This document shows positions 13,423-23,987 of a DNA stretch of 64,000 nt, one piece after another. Under the pieces are notes generated by a model. That model did not search any database and was not told the origin of the DNA. It was given only the letters and a program-made list of their open reading frames with translations. This DNA is from a phage, in sequence record OZ335963.1. One strand, written 5' to 3'. Made by a program: the position numbers and the translations under genes. Each line of letters opens with the position of its first letter. Within the stretch, counting starts at the first letter, position 1.

Positions 13423-14553
13423 TTATGGATAGGTATAGATTATACCAGTTTCTAAAGCAGTTTTATGAATGATGTATCCATTACGCGATTCTTGAACATC
13501 GACTTCTGGATAGTCTTTTATCATCTTCTGAAGAGTGTAACGATGCAGGTAGTATTTACTGTCCGGATCTTCAGTTTTCCAATCTTTACCTTCTTCGGTC
13601 ATTTTTTGGATTTCATCCATAACCCACCAACCGCACCAGATATAAGCTGAAGTACGATGTGGAAGAGGATGAACATAAGGCAATTCACCTTCTGGTTCCG
13701 GAGCAACTTTATCAGTTACCTGAACTTGACCAGTCGCTTTAACTGTTTTACTATCATAGTCAGTTGCTGTAACGACAGCAGTAACTTCAATAGTTTGACT
13801 TCCAACAGATGAGGTATCGATAGTATATACGTTAGTTGACCCTTCTACAGGAGAAGAATCTTTCTTCCATGAATAAGTAATTTGTGCTGCTCCAGGCGCG
13901 CCAGTAACATTAGCAGTAAATGTAGCCGAAGCATCTTGCTGAACGTTAATAGAAGGAGGAGTCAATGCAATCTGTGGATTCATTGTCTTCTTATTAACCG
14001 TCAATGATACTTCATTGGAAGTAACGCTCAATGTATCATAATCAGTCGCGGTTACTTGAGCTACACACTTGATTTTTTTAACTCCGCTTGTAGTAGGAGT
14101 GTAATTGAATGTAGCAGAAGTTGCTTCGCTTACAGGAGAACCGTCAACGTGCCATTGATACGTGGCAGTTGCGCCTGATGGATGTGAAGCTAAGGCAGCA
14201 GTAAATTGGACAGCTGTTCCAATTACTCCAGCTGGAGGACTAGCAGGAGTTACTGCTAAGGTAGTTGTCTGCGTCTTCTTATTAACTGTGATAGTTGTAG
14301 TAGCTTCTGCCGTTTCAGCATCAGTATCTGGAATTGTATTTGTTGCAACTACTTTAATAGTCTTTTGACCGGCAGGTCCTTTTAGTACATAACTAAAAGT
14401 TGCTTCAGTTCCATCTTGTGGAACATCGTCTACAGTCCAAGCATAGGTAATAGTTCCACCTCCAGTTTCACCACTGGGTGTAGCAGTAAACTGCTGAGTC
14501 TGATCTATAACTCCAGTAGGTGTTTTAGGAGTTATATCAACTGTAAAAGCCAT
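13423..14553 (-). CDS. hoc: Highly immunogenic outer capsid protein with Ig-like repeats
   Basis: 376-aa ORF, T4 Hoc length; Thr/Val-rich repeated beta-type domains; terminator hairpin after stop. Confidence 0.88.
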   Translation of the reverse strand: MAFTVDITPKTPTGVIDQTQQFTATPSGETGGGTITYAWTVDDVPQDGTEATFSYVLKGPAGQKTIKVVATNTIPDTDAETAEATTTITVNKKTQTTTLAVTPASPPAGVIGTAVQFTAALASHPSGATATYQWHVDGSPVSEATSATFNYTPTTSGVKKIKCVAQVTATDYDTLSVTSNEVSLTVNKKTMNPQIALTPPSINVQQDASATFTANVTGAPGAAQITYSWKKDSSPVEGSTNVYTIDTSSVGSQTIEVTAVVTATDYDSKTVKATGQVQVTDKVAPEPEGELPYVHPLPHRTSAYIWCGWWVMDEIQKMTEEGKDWKTEDPDSKYYLHRYTLQKMIKDYPEVDVQESRNGYIIHKTALETGIIYTYP

Positions 14554-14562
14554 AAGTTATCC

Positions 14563-15243
14563 TTATTTTAATGTTACGAAAGAAGAATTACGTGTTTCAC
14601 GAATTAGAACTGATCCGTCACGATTAATGTAGTAAATTAAGCTAAATAAAGTTTGATGTGCCGACGCGTGTTCAAAACTAGTTGGGTGAGATTTCCAATC
14701 CGGAGTTTCAGCAATCCACTGGTAAATCCACCAAGGAACAGTGCAGAATCCTGGATTTTTTCCAATCAGCTGAAGATTCGGACTAAAGTTTTCCGGAAGA
14801 GTAAATACAGACGGCTTTTCAGATTCAATAATCTCAGCTACAGCCTGTTCGAATTTTTCTTCAACAAAAGGAGTATCTTCAATCAAAACATCGGTATTTT
14901 CGGGAATTTTATCCGTTTCGACTACTTCAATTTTAATGTCAGATTTAACCGGAGAATCAATCAGAAGTGCTGCTTCTGGATTGACTTCTTCATCGTCATA
15001 TTTTAATCCCTCTGCGGCATCAGCAGCATTGATTAAGTCTTTAATAGATAACCCATCAGTCTCTGGCATAGGTTCACTAGCGAGCTTCTGGAGGGCTTCT
15101 TCAATATCATTAACGATATTATCAAAAGATTTATTCTTTTTGACCTTTATACCAAACTGTTCAGCATATTCAGCTAATTTAGCTTTAGCTTCTTTATTAT
15201 CATCAAGAGCCTTCAGCTCTGCAATATAATCTTTATCTATCAT
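14563..15243 (-). CDS. inh: Inhibitor of prohead protease
   Basis: 226-aa ORF at the T4 inh position. Confidence 0.75.
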   Translation of the reverse strand: MIDKDYIAELKALDDNKEAKAKLAEYAEQFGIKVKKNKSFDNIVNDIEEALQKLASEPMPETDGLSIKDLINAADAAEGLKYDDEEVNPEAALLIDSPVKSDIKIEVVETDKIPENTDVLIEDTPFVEEKFEQAVAEIIESEKPSVFTLPENFSPNLQLIGKNPGFCTVPWWIYQWIAETPDWKSHPTSFEHASAHQTLFSLIYYINRDGSVLIRETRNSSFVTLK

Positions 15244-15256
15244 AATATTTCCTCAG

Positions 15257-15264
15257 TATAAATA
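15257..15264 (+). promoter_or_regulatory. Late-type promoter TATAAATA upstream of the seg-like gene
   Basis: Exact TATAAATA 28 nt upstream of ATG 15293. Confidence 0.5.
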
Positions 15265-15292
15265 TAGATATATTTATTACTCGGAAAATAGT

Positions 15293-15910
15293 ATGTACCA
15301 CTTTGTATATGAAACAACAAATCTAATAAATGGTAAAAAGTATATAGGAAAGCACTCTACTGACGACTTGAATGATGGCTACCTTGGTTCCGGTAAGGCA
15401 ATTCAGCAGGCTATAAAGAAATATGGTGAAAACAATTTCTCTAGAAAAATACTAAAAGAGTTTAAAACTTCAGAAGAAGCGTACATGTATGAAGAAGAAA
15501 TTATAACTCCTGAACTAATAAAAAGCAAAAATTATTATAATATGAAACCTGGTGGAATTGGTGGAATTGTTATGACTACAGAGGTTATAGCAAAGATGAA
15601 AGAATCTTCCGCTAAGAGATTTGAAAACTCACCGGGCACGGTATTAGGTACAACTTGTTACACTAATGGAACTAAAAATATTTTTATTAAACCTGGAGAA
15701 CTTATTCCAGAAGGATTTGTAAAAGGAATGGTTCATCCTAATAGAAAGTCTAGAAAAGGATGTAAAGTTAAACCGACTACTACAGGAACTTTTTGGGTCA
15801 ATAATGGCGTAATAAATAAATTAATACAACCAGACGGTATTATTCCCGACGGATTTATTAAAGGTCGTCTCATGAAAAGAGACTCTAAAGGCAAATTTAG
15901 TAAGGCATAA
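15293..15910 (+). CDS. GIY-YIG homing endonuclease (SegD/SegE-like)
   Basis: 205-aa ORF; N-terminal YHFVYETTNLINGKKYIGKH...YLGSG GIY-YIG motif; directly upstream of uvsW. Confidence 0.85.
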   Translation: MYHFVYETTNLINGKKYIGKHSTDDLNDGYLGSGKAIQQAIKKYGENNFSRKILKEFKTSEEAYMYEEEIITPELIKSKNYYNMKPGGIGGIVMTTEVIAKMKESSAKRFENSPGTVLGTTCYTNGTKNIFIKPGELIPEGFVKGMVHPNRKSRKGCKVKPTTTGTFWVNNGVINKLIQPDGIIPDGFIKGRLMKRDSKGKFSKA

Positions 15911-15912
15911 TT

Positions 15913-17421
15913 ATGGATATTAAAGTACATTTTCACGACTTCAGTCATGTACGCATCGATTGTGAAGAGAGCACGTTCCACGAATTAAGAGATTTCTTTT
16001 CGTTTGAGGCCGATGGATATAGGTTTAATCCTCGCTTCAGATATGGCAACTGGGATGGACGAATCCGTCTTTTAGATTATAATCGTCTTCTTCCATTCGG
16101 CTTAGTCGGGCAAATTAAAAAGTTCTGCGATAACTTTGGTTATAAAGCCTGGATTGACCCACAGATTAACGAAAAAGAAGAATTATCAAGAAAAGATTTT
16201 GATGAATGGCTTTCTAAATTAGAAATCTATTCAGGAAATAAAAGAATTGAACCACACTGGTATCAAAAAGATGCAGTGTTCGAAGGATTAGTTAATCGTC
16301 GTAGAATTCTTAATCTTCCAACATCCGCAGGTAAATCTTTAATTCAAGCTTTGCTCGCTCGGTATTATTTGGAAAATTATGAAGGTAAAATTCTTATCAT
16401 TGTTCCAACAACTGCTCTGACAACTCAGATGGCTGATGACTTTGTTGACTATCGTTTATTCAGTCATGCAATGATAAAGAAAATCGGTGGTGGAGCATCA
16501 AAAGATGATAAATATAAAAATGATGCACCTGTCGTTGTTGGTACATGGCAAACTGTAGTAAAACAACCGAAAGAGTGGTTCTCACAGTTTGGAATGATGA
16601 TGAATGATGAATGCCATCTTGCTACTGGAAAAAGTATTTCATCTATCATATCAGGTTTAAATAACTGTATGTTTAAATTTGGTTTGTCTGGTTCATTACG
16701 TGATGGCAAAGCTAATATCATGCAGTATGTTGGAATGTTTGGTGAAATATTTAAGCCAGTAACGACCTCTAAATTAATGGAAGATGGACAAGTAACTGAG
16801 TTAAAAATTAATAGTATTTTTCTTCGCTATCCCGATGAATTCACTACTAAATTAAAGGGAAAAACTTACCAAGAAGAAATAAAAATTATTACTGGACTCA
16901 GTAAAAGAAATAAATGGATCGCTAAATTAGCTATTAAGCTTGCGCAAAAAGATGAAAACGCTTTTGTCATGTTTAAACACGTATCGCACGGTAAAGCTAT
17001 TTTCGATTTAATTAAAAATGAATACGATAAAGTTTATTACGTATCAGGAGAAGTTGATACCGAAACACGCAATGTAATGAAAACCTTAGCTGAAAACGGT
17101 AAAGGAATAATTATAGTAGCTAGTTATGGTGTATTTTCTACTGGTATTTCAGTTAAAAATCTGCATCACGTTGTTTTAGCACACGGTGTTAAATCTAAAA
17201 TTATTGTATTGCAAACAATAGGTCGCGTATTACGTAAGCATGGTTCCAAAACAATTGCAACAGTCTGGGACCTCATCGATGATTGCGGTGTTAAGCCAAA
17301 ATCTGCTAATACGAAAAAGAAATATGTTCATTTGAACTATCTTTTAAAACACGGCATTGATCGTATTCAGCGCTACGCAGATGAAAAATTTAATTACGTA
17401 ATGAAAACAGTTAATTTATAA
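15913..17421 (+). CDS. uvsW: UvsW DNA/RNA helicase
   Basis: 502-aa ORF with helicase motifs (TSAGKS, DECH); matches T4 UvsW as remembered. Confidence 0.95.
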   Translation: MDIKVHFHDFSHVRIDCEESTFHELRDFFSFEADGYRFNPRFRYGNWDGRIRLLDYNRLLPFGLVGQIKKFCDNFGYKAWIDPQINEKEELSRKDFDEWLSKLEIYSGNKRIEPHWYQKDAVFEGLVNRRRILNLPTSAGKSLIQALLARYYLENYEGKILIIVPTTALTTQMADDFVDYRLFSHAMIKKIGGGASKDDKYKNDAPVVVGTWQTVVKQPKEWFSQFGMMMNDECHLATGKSISSIISGLNNCMFKFGLSGSLRDGKANIMQYVGMFGEIFKPVTTSKLMEDGQVTELKINSIFLRYPDEFTTKLKGKTYQEEIKIITGLSKRNKWIAKLAIKLAQKDENAFVMFKHVSHGKAIFDLIKNEYDKVYYVSGEVDTETRNVMKTLAENGKGIIIVASYGVFSTGISVKNLHHVVLAHGVKSKIIVLQTIGRVLRKHGSKTIATVWDLIDDCGVKPKSANTKKKYVHLNYLLKHGIDRIQRYADEKFNYVMKTVNL

Positions 17422-17446
17422 GGGCTTCGGCCCTTTGGAGAAAAAG

Positions 17447-17677
17447 ATGTTACTAGAATTTAAACAATTTCTTTATGAAGCTTCTATTGATGAATTTATG
17501 GGTAAAATTGCCTCTTGTCAAACAATAGAAGGTCTAGAAGAACTTGAAGCTTATTATAAGAAAAGAGTTAAAGAAACTGAATTAAAAGATACTGATGACA
17601 TCTCAGTCAGAGATGCTTTGGCAGGAAAAAGGGCTGAATTAGAAGATTCAGACGATGAAGTAGAAGAAAGTTTTTAA
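17447..17677 (+). CDS. uvsW.1: UvsW.1 small acidic protein
   Basis: ORF track opens at TTG 17435; first ATG 17447 gives 76 aa. Confidence 0.7.
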   Translation: MLLEFKQFLYEASIDEFMGKIASCQTIEGLEELEAYYKKRVKETELKDTDDISVRDALAGKRAELEDSDDEVEESF

Positions 17678-17680
17678 ATT

Positions 17681-17710
17681 AAAAAAAGGCCCAACCAAGA
17701 AGGAAGGGCC
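17681..17710 (-). terminator. Terminator after the uvsY.-2-like ORF
   Basis: GGCCC...GGGCC stem (13-nt loop) followed by U7 on minus strand. Confidence 0.5.
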
Positions 17711-17733
17711 AAAACTATAGACTAAAGGTCACA

Positions 17734-17901
17734 CTATAGCAAAAGTTGTGTTTCATTTAATTGTTCTTCCGAACTTTCTGAAACTGGTAGTTCTTTAATG
17801 TAATTATAACAAGGCCCAGGATGTACAGGACCTTTGTCTGTTTCAACAACCAATGCAGAATCGATTGGAGTTTTACAGACAACACAAATCTTATCTGACA
17901 T
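17734..17901 (-). CDS. Small Cys-containing protein (uvsY.-2-like), 55 aa
   Basis: Hand-translated minus-strand ORF MSDKICVVCKTPIDS...; AGGAGA Shine-Dalgarno and TATAAATA upstream; below ORF-track size cutoff. Confidence 0.45.
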   Translation of the reverse strand: MSDKICVVCKTPIDSALVVETDKGPVHPGPCYNYIKELPVSESSEEQLNETQLLL

Positions 17902-17927
17902 GATTGTCTCCTTTTTGAATATAGTAA

Positions 17928-17935
17928 TATTTATA
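17928..17935 (-). promoter_or_regulatory. Late promoter TATAAATA (minus strand, uvsY.-2-like ORF)
   Basis: Plus-strand TATTTATA is TATAAATA on minus strand, 26 nt upstream of ATG 17901. Confidence 0.5.
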
Positions 17936-18025
17936 AACCCATTTTAATCCGCATTTCTTGCACACGGATTAAGCAAGCTTCCATCTCTGCTAATAGTCGA
18001 AATACTTCTTTATAATCTGTCATAT

Positions 18026-18253
18026 TTACCCCATATCTCTCATATGCATATCAATGCCCATATCTTTAGAATAAAAATATTCATCAAGATATCCAGCAAA
18101 TTTTCCTTTAACATAAAGTACATCTTCACCACATGGGTGGTCGGCCAGGATACGAATATCCTGACGCTTGAGATTATACTTTTTCATTAAGAATTGAATT
18201 TCCGTTTCGAATTCTTCTTCATAATTAAAAGCATCATCAATGCTATATTTCAT
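18026..18253 (-). CDS. Hypothetical protein (uvsY.-1-like)
   Basis: 75-aa ORF immediately downstream of uvsY. Confidence 0.6.
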   Translation of the reverse strand: MKYSIDDAFNYEEEFETEIQFLMKKYNLKRQDIRILADHPCGEDVLYVKGKFAGYLDEYFYSKDMGIDMHMRDMG

Positions 18254-18666
18254 TATTTTCCAGCCTCAAATGCTCGCATGTCTTGAATATGCTTAATAGC
18301 AAATCCGCGTGATTTAATAGCATCAAGAGCTCCGCTACAGAAATCCAATAAAATTCCCCAATATTGCAATGAAGTATCAACTTTTAAAACATCCTTATCA
18401 GCTGATAGAACTGTCTTCATTTCTGATTTCTCATAACGGTCCATACTAAATTCATCACCATCTCCTCGTCCCGAGTAGTAGTCTAATTTAGCTTTAAGAG
18501 CAACTTTTTTCTGTGCTTCAATTCTAAGCATTTCCTTTTTAATACTTGAATGCTTATTAAGCCATTTACTATATAACATTACGTTATTAGCTGCTTCATA
18601 CTGTAATTTAGTCGAATCTATAAACACATCTTTCTTCAATTCTTCTTGAAGATCTTCTAATTTCAT
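18253..18666 (-). CDS. uvsY: UvsY recombination mediator
   Basis: 137-aa ORF, T4 UvsY length; middle-type promoter upstream. Confidence 0.92.
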   Translation of the reverse strand: MKLEDLQEELKKDVFIDSTKLQYEAANNVMLYSKWLNKHSSIKKEMLRIEAQKKVALKAKLDYYSGRGDGDEFSMDRYEKSEMKTVLSADKDVLKVDTSLQYWGILLDFCSGALDAIKSRGFAIKHIQDMRAFEAGK

Positions 18667-18706
18667 ATTGTTCTCTATTCAATTATTATTGGATGGACTT
18701 AGATTC

Positions 18707-18732
18707 ATTATACCACGTTTATACGTGAAGCA
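18707..18732 (-). promoter_or_regulatory. MotA-dependent middle promoter upstream of uvsY (candidate oriF region)
   Basis: Minus strand reads AATGCTTCA (MotA box), 13 nt, then TATAAT, about 40 nt upstream of uvsY ATG. Confidence 0.6.
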
Positions 18733-19131
18733 TTATACTCTGTTACTAGAAGCCAGTTGCAGTTTTATCTGCTCAATATCATCAGGGTTATCGATGACTG
18801 AAAAGCGTATTTCTACTATCAGAGTATAATCATCATAAACCGGTATTACATTAACTGCTAATTTATCAATACGTGGCTCGTAGTTTCTTACTGCGCTTTC
18901 AATGTTACGCTCAACAGTATCAGCAGTAAGAGGAGTCATATTCTCAAAAAGCTGGTCAGATAAATCGCATCCAAATTCTGGGTCAAATGGCCTTGACCCT
19001 TTCCTGGTTGTAATAATTCCTAAAAGGCTATTTTTAATTGACCTTAATCCAAGGGATCTAGAAACATCTTTATCCCAATCCATTTTCATTTCTGGGTCAA
19101 TGTCAGAATAAAGCTTATTAATATTTGCCAT
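18733..19131 (-). CDS. 25: Baseplate wedge protein gp25
   Basis: 132-aa ORF, T4 gp25 length and position. Confidence 0.92.
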   Translation of the reverse strand: MANINKLYSDIDPEMKMDWDKDVSRSLGLRSIKNSLLGIITTRKGSRPFDPEFGCDLSDQLFENMTPLTADTVERNIESAVRNYEPRIDKLAVNVIPVYDDYTLIVEIRFSVIDNPDDIEQIKLQLASSNRV

Positions 19132-19757
19132 TATAATAGCTCAAAGAATTCTTTGAGTCCTCTTATTACATGAGCGTGAGTTTTTCCACACTCTGGACAC
19201 TTAATTGGAACAGCCAAATAAACAGTAGGCTTTAAAAGCATATCTTTTATAGCTACAATATCTGACTCTGTGATGATAGAATATAAATCTTCCAACTCTT
19301 TTTCATTCAAGTCTTCAATTGGAATGCTTTCACCGTTAGCATGAATTGTTTCTATACATGATACTATCATGTGGGCTATATTTTTATCATCAAAAATTTT
19401 AGGGTAATGGAACTTAATTTTAATGTCACCCAGTGTATACCAGAGGTCTTCTGGTGCATCTATTTGCGTATGTAATAGATTTATATGGGTTGGTATTTCA
19501 GTTCCACAGGTGCACTTCCAGGAGTTTTCGTGATTAACTTCTCCAAGAGAATGCGCCCATAAATGAATCAACAATAGTTCTGATTCTTGGCGGTTTAAAT
19601 CTTTTGCATTTGTACAGTCTTTAATTAGCTTTTTAACGATCTCTTCTACTGAACCGTTCTTTTTAGCAGTAATAAGTTCTAGATATTCTTTAAGAGTAAA
19701 TGCGCGACAGTTGATTATTTTAGAACCAACTCTCACATCAAATTTGTATTCATACAT
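19131..19757 (-). CDS. 26: Baseplate hub protein gp26
   Basis: 208-aa ORF, T4 gp26 length; divergent from gene 51. Confidence 0.88.
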   Translation of the reverse strand: MYEYKFDVRVGSKIINCRAFTLKEYLELITAKKNGSVEEIVKKLIKDCTNAKDLNRQESELLLIHLWAHSLGEVNHENSWKCTCGTEIPTHINLLHTQIDAPEDLWYTLGDIKIKFHYPKIFDDKNIAHMIVSCIETIHANGESIPIEDLNEKELEDLYSIITESDIVAIKDMLLKPTVYLAVPIKCPECGKTHAHVIRGLKEFFELL

Positions 19758-19778
19758 ATTTAGCTCCTTTATTTATCA

Positions 19779-19786
19779 TATTTATA
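19779..19786 (-). promoter_or_regulatory. Late promoter TATAAATA on minus strand (gene 26), overlapping the gene 51 promoter
   Basis: Core ATATTTATAAATAG reads TATAAATA on both strands. Confidence 0.55.
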
Positions 19787-19790
19787 AATA
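19783..19790 (+). promoter_or_regulatory. Late promoter TATAAATA (gene 51)
   Basis: Exact TATAAATA 17 nt upstream of gene 51 ATG. Confidence 0.65.
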
Positions 19791-19807
19791 GAATAAAAGG
19801 AGCATCT

Positions 19808-20557
19808 ATGGCAAACATTATTCGTTGTAAATTACCAGATGGTGTTCATCGTTTTAAACCATTTACGGTAGAAGATTATCGAGATTTTTTGTTAGTTCGA
19901 AACGATATAGAACATCGGTCACCACAAGAACAAAAAGAAATAATTGCTGATTTAATTGCCGATTATTTTGGAGACTATCCGAAGACTTGGCAACCATTTA
20001 TATTTTTGCAGGTATTTGTAGGGTCAATAGGTAAAACTAAAGTACCGGTCACATTTGTATGTCCAAAATGTAAAAAAGAAAAGACAGTTCCATTTGAAAT
20101 ATATCAAAAAGAATTAAAGGAACCTGTTTTTGATGTAGCTAATGTTAAAATTAAATTAAAGTTTCCTTCTGAGTTTTATGAAAATAAAGCAAAGATGATT
20201 ACTGAAAATATTCATTCTGTTCAAGTAGATGAAACATGGTATGATTGGAAGGAAATTAGCGAATCAAGTCAAATAGAACTTGTTGATGCAATCGAGATAG
20301 AAACATTAGAAAAAATTCTCGATGCAATGAATCCTATTAATTTAACATTGCATATGTCATGTTGTAATAAGTATGTAAAAAAATACACTGATATAGTAGA
20401 TGTGTTTAAGCTATTAGTTAACCCAGATGAAATATTTACTTTTTATCAAATTAATCACACACTCGTAAAAAGTAATTATAGCTTAAATTCAATAATGAAA
20501 ATGATTCCTGCTGAGCGCGGATTCGTATTAAAACTGATTGAGAAGGATAAACAATAA
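19808..20557 (+). CDS. 51: Baseplate hub assembly protein gp51
   Basis: 249-aa ORF, T4 gp51 length; late promoter upstream. Confidence 0.88.
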   Translation: MANIIRCKLPDGVHRFKPFTVEDYRDFLLVRNDIEHRSPQEQKEIIADLIADYFGDYPKTWQPFIFLQVFVGSIGKTKVPVTFVCPKCKKEKTVPFEIYQKELKEPVFDVANVKIKLKFPSEFYENKAKMITENIHSVQVDETWYDWKEISESSQIELVDAIEIETLEKILDAMNPINLTLHMSCCNKYVKKYTDIVDVFKLLVNPDEIFTFYQINHTLVKSNYSLNSIMKMIPAERGFVLKLIEKDKQ

Positions 20558-21732
20558 TGAGTATGTTGCAACGCCCCGGATATCCAAATCTCAGCGTTAA
20601 ATTATTTGAGAGTTATGACGCTTGGAGTAATAATAGATTTGTTGAATTAGCTGCTACTATTACCACATTAACTATGCGGGATTCTCTTTATGGTCGAAAT
20701 GAAGGAATGCTGCAGTTTTATGATTCTAAAAATATCCATACAAAAATGGATGGAAATGAAATAATTCAGATTTCTGTAGCTAATGCAAACGATATTAATA
20801 ATGTTAAAACAAGAATTTATGGATGTAAGCATTTTTCAGTGTCAGTAGATTCAAAGGGTGATAACATCATTGCTATTGAATTGGGAACTATTCATTCTAT
20901 AGAAAATCTTAAATTTGGCAGACCGTTTTTCCCTGATGCAGGTGAATCTATAAAAGAAATGCTTGGCGTCATTTATCAGGATCGCACGTTATTAACTCCA
21001 GCAATAAATGCTATAAATGCTTATGTTCCTGATATTCCCTGGACTAGCACATTTGAAAACTATTTGTCGTATGTCAGAGAAGTTGCTCTAGCTGTAGGAA
21101 GTGACAAATTTGTATTTGTATGGCAAGACATCATGGGAGTTAACATGATGGACTATGATATGATGATAAATCAAGAACCGTATCCAATGATTGTCGGTGA
21201 GCCATCTTTAATAGGTCAATTCATCCAAGAATTAAAATATCCATTAGCATATGATTTCGTTTGGTTGACTAAATCGAATCCTCACAAACGTGACCCAATG
21301 AAAAACGCTACTATCTATGCTCATTCATTTTTAGATTCTTCATTGCCAATGATTACTACAGGAAAGGGCGAAAACTCTATTGTAGTGTCAAGGTCAGGTG
21401 CTTATTCTGAAATGACTTATAGGAATGGATATGAAGAAGCTATTCGTCTTCAAACTATGGCACAATACGATGGTTATGCTAAATGTTCTACTGTCGGTAA
21501 TTTTAACTTGACTCCTGGCGTTAAAATTATTTTTAATGATAGTAAAAACCAATTTAAAACAGAATTTTACGTTGATGAAGTTATCCACGAATTATCCAAT
21601 AATAATTCAGTAACTCATCTATATATGTTCACTAATGCAACGAAACTGGAAACAATAGACCCAGTTAAGGTTAAAAATGAATTTAAATCTGATACTACCA
21701 CTGAAGAAAGTAGTTCTTCCAATAAGCAATAA
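20557..21732 (+). CDS. 27: Baseplate hub protein gp27
   Basis: 391-aa ORF, T4 gp27 length. Confidence 0.92.
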   Translation: MSMLQRPGYPNLSVKLFESYDAWSNNRFVELAATITTLTMRDSLYGRNEGMLQFYDSKNIHTKMDGNEIIQISVANANDINNVKTRIYGCKHFSVSVDSKGDNIIAIELGTIHSIENLKFGRPFFPDAGESIKEMLGVIYQDRTLLTPAINAINAYVPDIPWTSTFENYLSYVREVALAVGSDKFVFVWQDIMGVNMMDYDMMINQEPYPMIVGEPSLIGQFIQELKYPLAYDFVWLTKSNPHKRDPMKNATIYAHSFLDSSLPMITTGKGENSIVVSRSGAYSEMTYRNGYEEAIRLQTMAQYDGYAKCSTVGNFNLTPGVKIIFNDSKNQFKTEFYVDEVIHELSNNNSVTHLYMFTNATKLETIDPVKVKNEFKSDTTTEESSSSNKQ

Positions 21733-22210
21733 AGAAGTTTCTATTCCTAAAATGGGTCTTAAACACTATAACATTTTAAAAGATGTTAAAGGTCCTGATG
21801 AAAATTTAAAACTTCTTATTGATTCTATTTGTCCAAATTTATCACCAGCAGAAGTTGATTTCGTTTCCATTCATTTATTGGAATTTAATGGAAAGATTAA
21901 ATCTCGCAAAGAAATAGATGGTTATACTTATGACATTAATGATGTTTATGTATGCCAAAGATTAGAATTTCAATACCAAGGAAATACATTTTATTTTAGA
22001 CCTCCTGGAAAATTTGAACAATTTTTAACGGTGAGCGATATGTTATCTAAATGCTTGCTTAAGGTCAATGATGAAGTTAAAGAAATTAATTTTCTTGAGA
22101 TGCCAGCATTTGTATTAAAATGGGCAAATGATATTTCTACAACTTTAGCAATTCCTGGCCCTAATGGTCCAATAACTGGAATTGGCAATATTATTGGATT
22201 ATTTGAATGA
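21677..22210 (+). CDS. 28: Baseplate hub distal protein gp28
   Basis: 177-aa ORF, T4 gp28 length; overlaps gene 27 3' end in another frame. Confidence 0.85.
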   Translation: MNLNLILPLKKVVLPISNKEVSIPKMGLKHYNILKDVKGPDENLKLLIDSICPNLSPAEVDFVSIHLLEFNGKIKSRKEIDGYTYDINDVYVCQRLEFQYQGNTFYFRPPGKFEQFLTVSDMLSKCLLKVNDEVKEINFLEMPAFVLKWANDISTTLAIPGPNGPITGIGNIIGLFE

Positions 22211-23979
22211 AAAAGCCACAAGAAATGCAAACGATGCGTAGAAAAGTTATTTCAGATAATAAACCAGTTCAGGAAGCGGCTAAATCCGCTTCTAACACTT
22301 TATCTGGGCTTAATGACATTTCTACAAAATTGGATGATGCTCAAGCTGCTTCTGAATTAATAGCTCAAACTGTTGAAGAAAAATCGAATGAAATAATTGG
22401 AGCAATTGACAATGTCGAAAGCGCAGTGAGTGATACTACTGCTGGTTCTGAGTTAATTGCTGAAACTGTAGAAATTGGCAACAATATTAATAAAGAAATC
22501 GGTGAATCACTCGGAAGTAAATTAGATAAATTAACGAGTTTACTAGAACAAAAAATTCAAACAGCTGGAATTCAACAGACAGGAACCAGCTTAGCTGTAG
22601 TCGAAAGTGCTATTCCCGTTAAAGTTGTTGAGGATGATACAGCTGAATTTGTTGGTCCATTATTACCAGCTCCTGAAGCAGTTAATAATGATCCTGACGC
22701 TGATTTTTTCCCTGCCCCTCAACCAGTTGAACCTAAGCGAGAGTCACCGGAAGAAAAACAGAAAAAAGAAGCATTTAATTTAAAATTATCTCAAGCTTTA
22801 GATAAATTAACAAAGACTGTTGATTTTGGATTTAAAAAATCCATTTCAATTACTGATAAAATATCAAGCATGCTATTTAAGTATACTGTCAGTGCTGCTA
22901 TTGAAGCTGCTAAAATGGTTGCATTAATAATGGCTGTTGTTATTGGAATAGACCTACTGATGGTTCATTTTAAATATTGGTCAGATAAATTTTCAAAAGC
23001 CTGGGATTTGTTTAGCACTGATTTTAAAACTTTTTCAAGCGAAACCGGAACTTGGGGTCCTTTATTACAGAGCATCTTTGAATCTATTGATGAAATTAAA
23101 AAGTTCTGGGAAGCTGGAGACTGGGGTGGATTGACAGTAGCTATTGTGGAAGGACTTGGAAGTGTTCTTTATAATTTAGGAGAACTTATTCAACTTGGAA
23201 TGGCTAAATTATCAGCAGCAATTCTTCGAGTTATTCCTGGTATGAAAGATACTGCTGATGAAGTAGAAGGAAGAGCATTAGAAAATTTCCAAAATTCTAC
23301 TGGAGCATCTCTCAATAAAGAAGACCAAGAAAAAGTAGCAAATTATCAAGATAAACGAATGAATGACGATCTTGGTCCAATAGCAAAAGGATTAGATAAA
23401 ATTGCTAATTGGAAAACCCGTGCATCTAACTGGATTCGTGGTGTTGATAATAAAGAAGCATTGACAACTGATGAAGAACGCGCAGCAGAAGAAGAAAAAT
23501 TAAAGCAACTTTCACCAGAAGAAAGAAAAAACGCTTTAATGAAGGCTAATGAAGCTCGTGCTGCGATGATTCGTTTTGAAAAATACGCTGATTCGGCTGA
23601 TATGAGTAAAGACTCAACGGTTAAATCAGTTGAAGCTGCCTATGAAGACCTTAAAAAACGGATGGATGACCCGGATTTAAATAATTCACCGGCAGTTAAA
23701 AAAGAACTTGCTGCTAGATTTTCTAAAATTGATGCTACTTATCAAGAGCTCAAGAAAAATCAGCCTAATGCCAAACCTGAAACTTCTGCTAAATCGCCAG
23801 AAGCAAAACAAGTCCAGGTAATAGAAAAGAACAAAGCACAACAGGCTCCTGTTCAACAAGCATCTCCTTCGATCAATAATACTAATAATGTTATTAAGAA
23901 AAATACTGTCGTTCATAATATGACACCTGTAACGAGCACGACTGCTCCTGGTGTATTTGGCGCGACTGGAGTTAATTAA
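22207..23979 (+). CDS. 29: Baseplate hub / tail length determinator gp29
   Basis: 590-aa ORF, T4 gp29 length; ATGA overlap with gene 28. Confidence 0.92.
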   Translation: MKKPQEMQTMRRKVISDNKPVQEAAKSASNTLSGLNDISTKLDDAQAASELIAQTVEEKSNEIIGAIDNVESAVSDTTAGSELIAETVEIGNNINKEIGESLGSKLDKLTSLLEQKIQTAGIQQTGTSLAVVESAIPVKVVEDDTAEFVGPLLPAPEAVNNDPDADFFPAPQPVEPKRESPEEKQKKEAFNLKLSQALDKLTKTVDFGFKKSISITDKISSMLFKYTVSAAIEAAKMVALIMAVVIGIDLLMVHFKYWSDKFSKAWDLFSTDFKTFSSETGTWGPLLQSIFESIDEIKKFWEAGDWGGLTVAIVEGLGSVLYNLGELIQLGMAKLSAAILRVIPGMKDTADEVEGRALENFQNSTGASLNKEDQEKVANYQDKRMNDDLGPIAKGLDKIANWKTRASNWIRGVDNKEALTTDEERAAEEEKLKQLSPEERKNALMKANEARAAMIRFEKYADSADMSKDSTVKSVEAAYEDLKKRMDDPDLNNSPAVKKELAARFSKIDATYQELKKNQPNAKPETSAKSPEAKQVQVIEKNKAQQAPVQQASPSINNTNNVIKKNTVVHNMTPVTSTTAPGVFGATGVN

Positions 23980-23987
23980 GGAATAAT

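Noticed and set aside
14653-15229. Plus-strand ORFs (117 and 97 aa) antisense to inh
   Set aside because: Nested antisense frames with low-complexity composition; inh on the minus strand explains the region.
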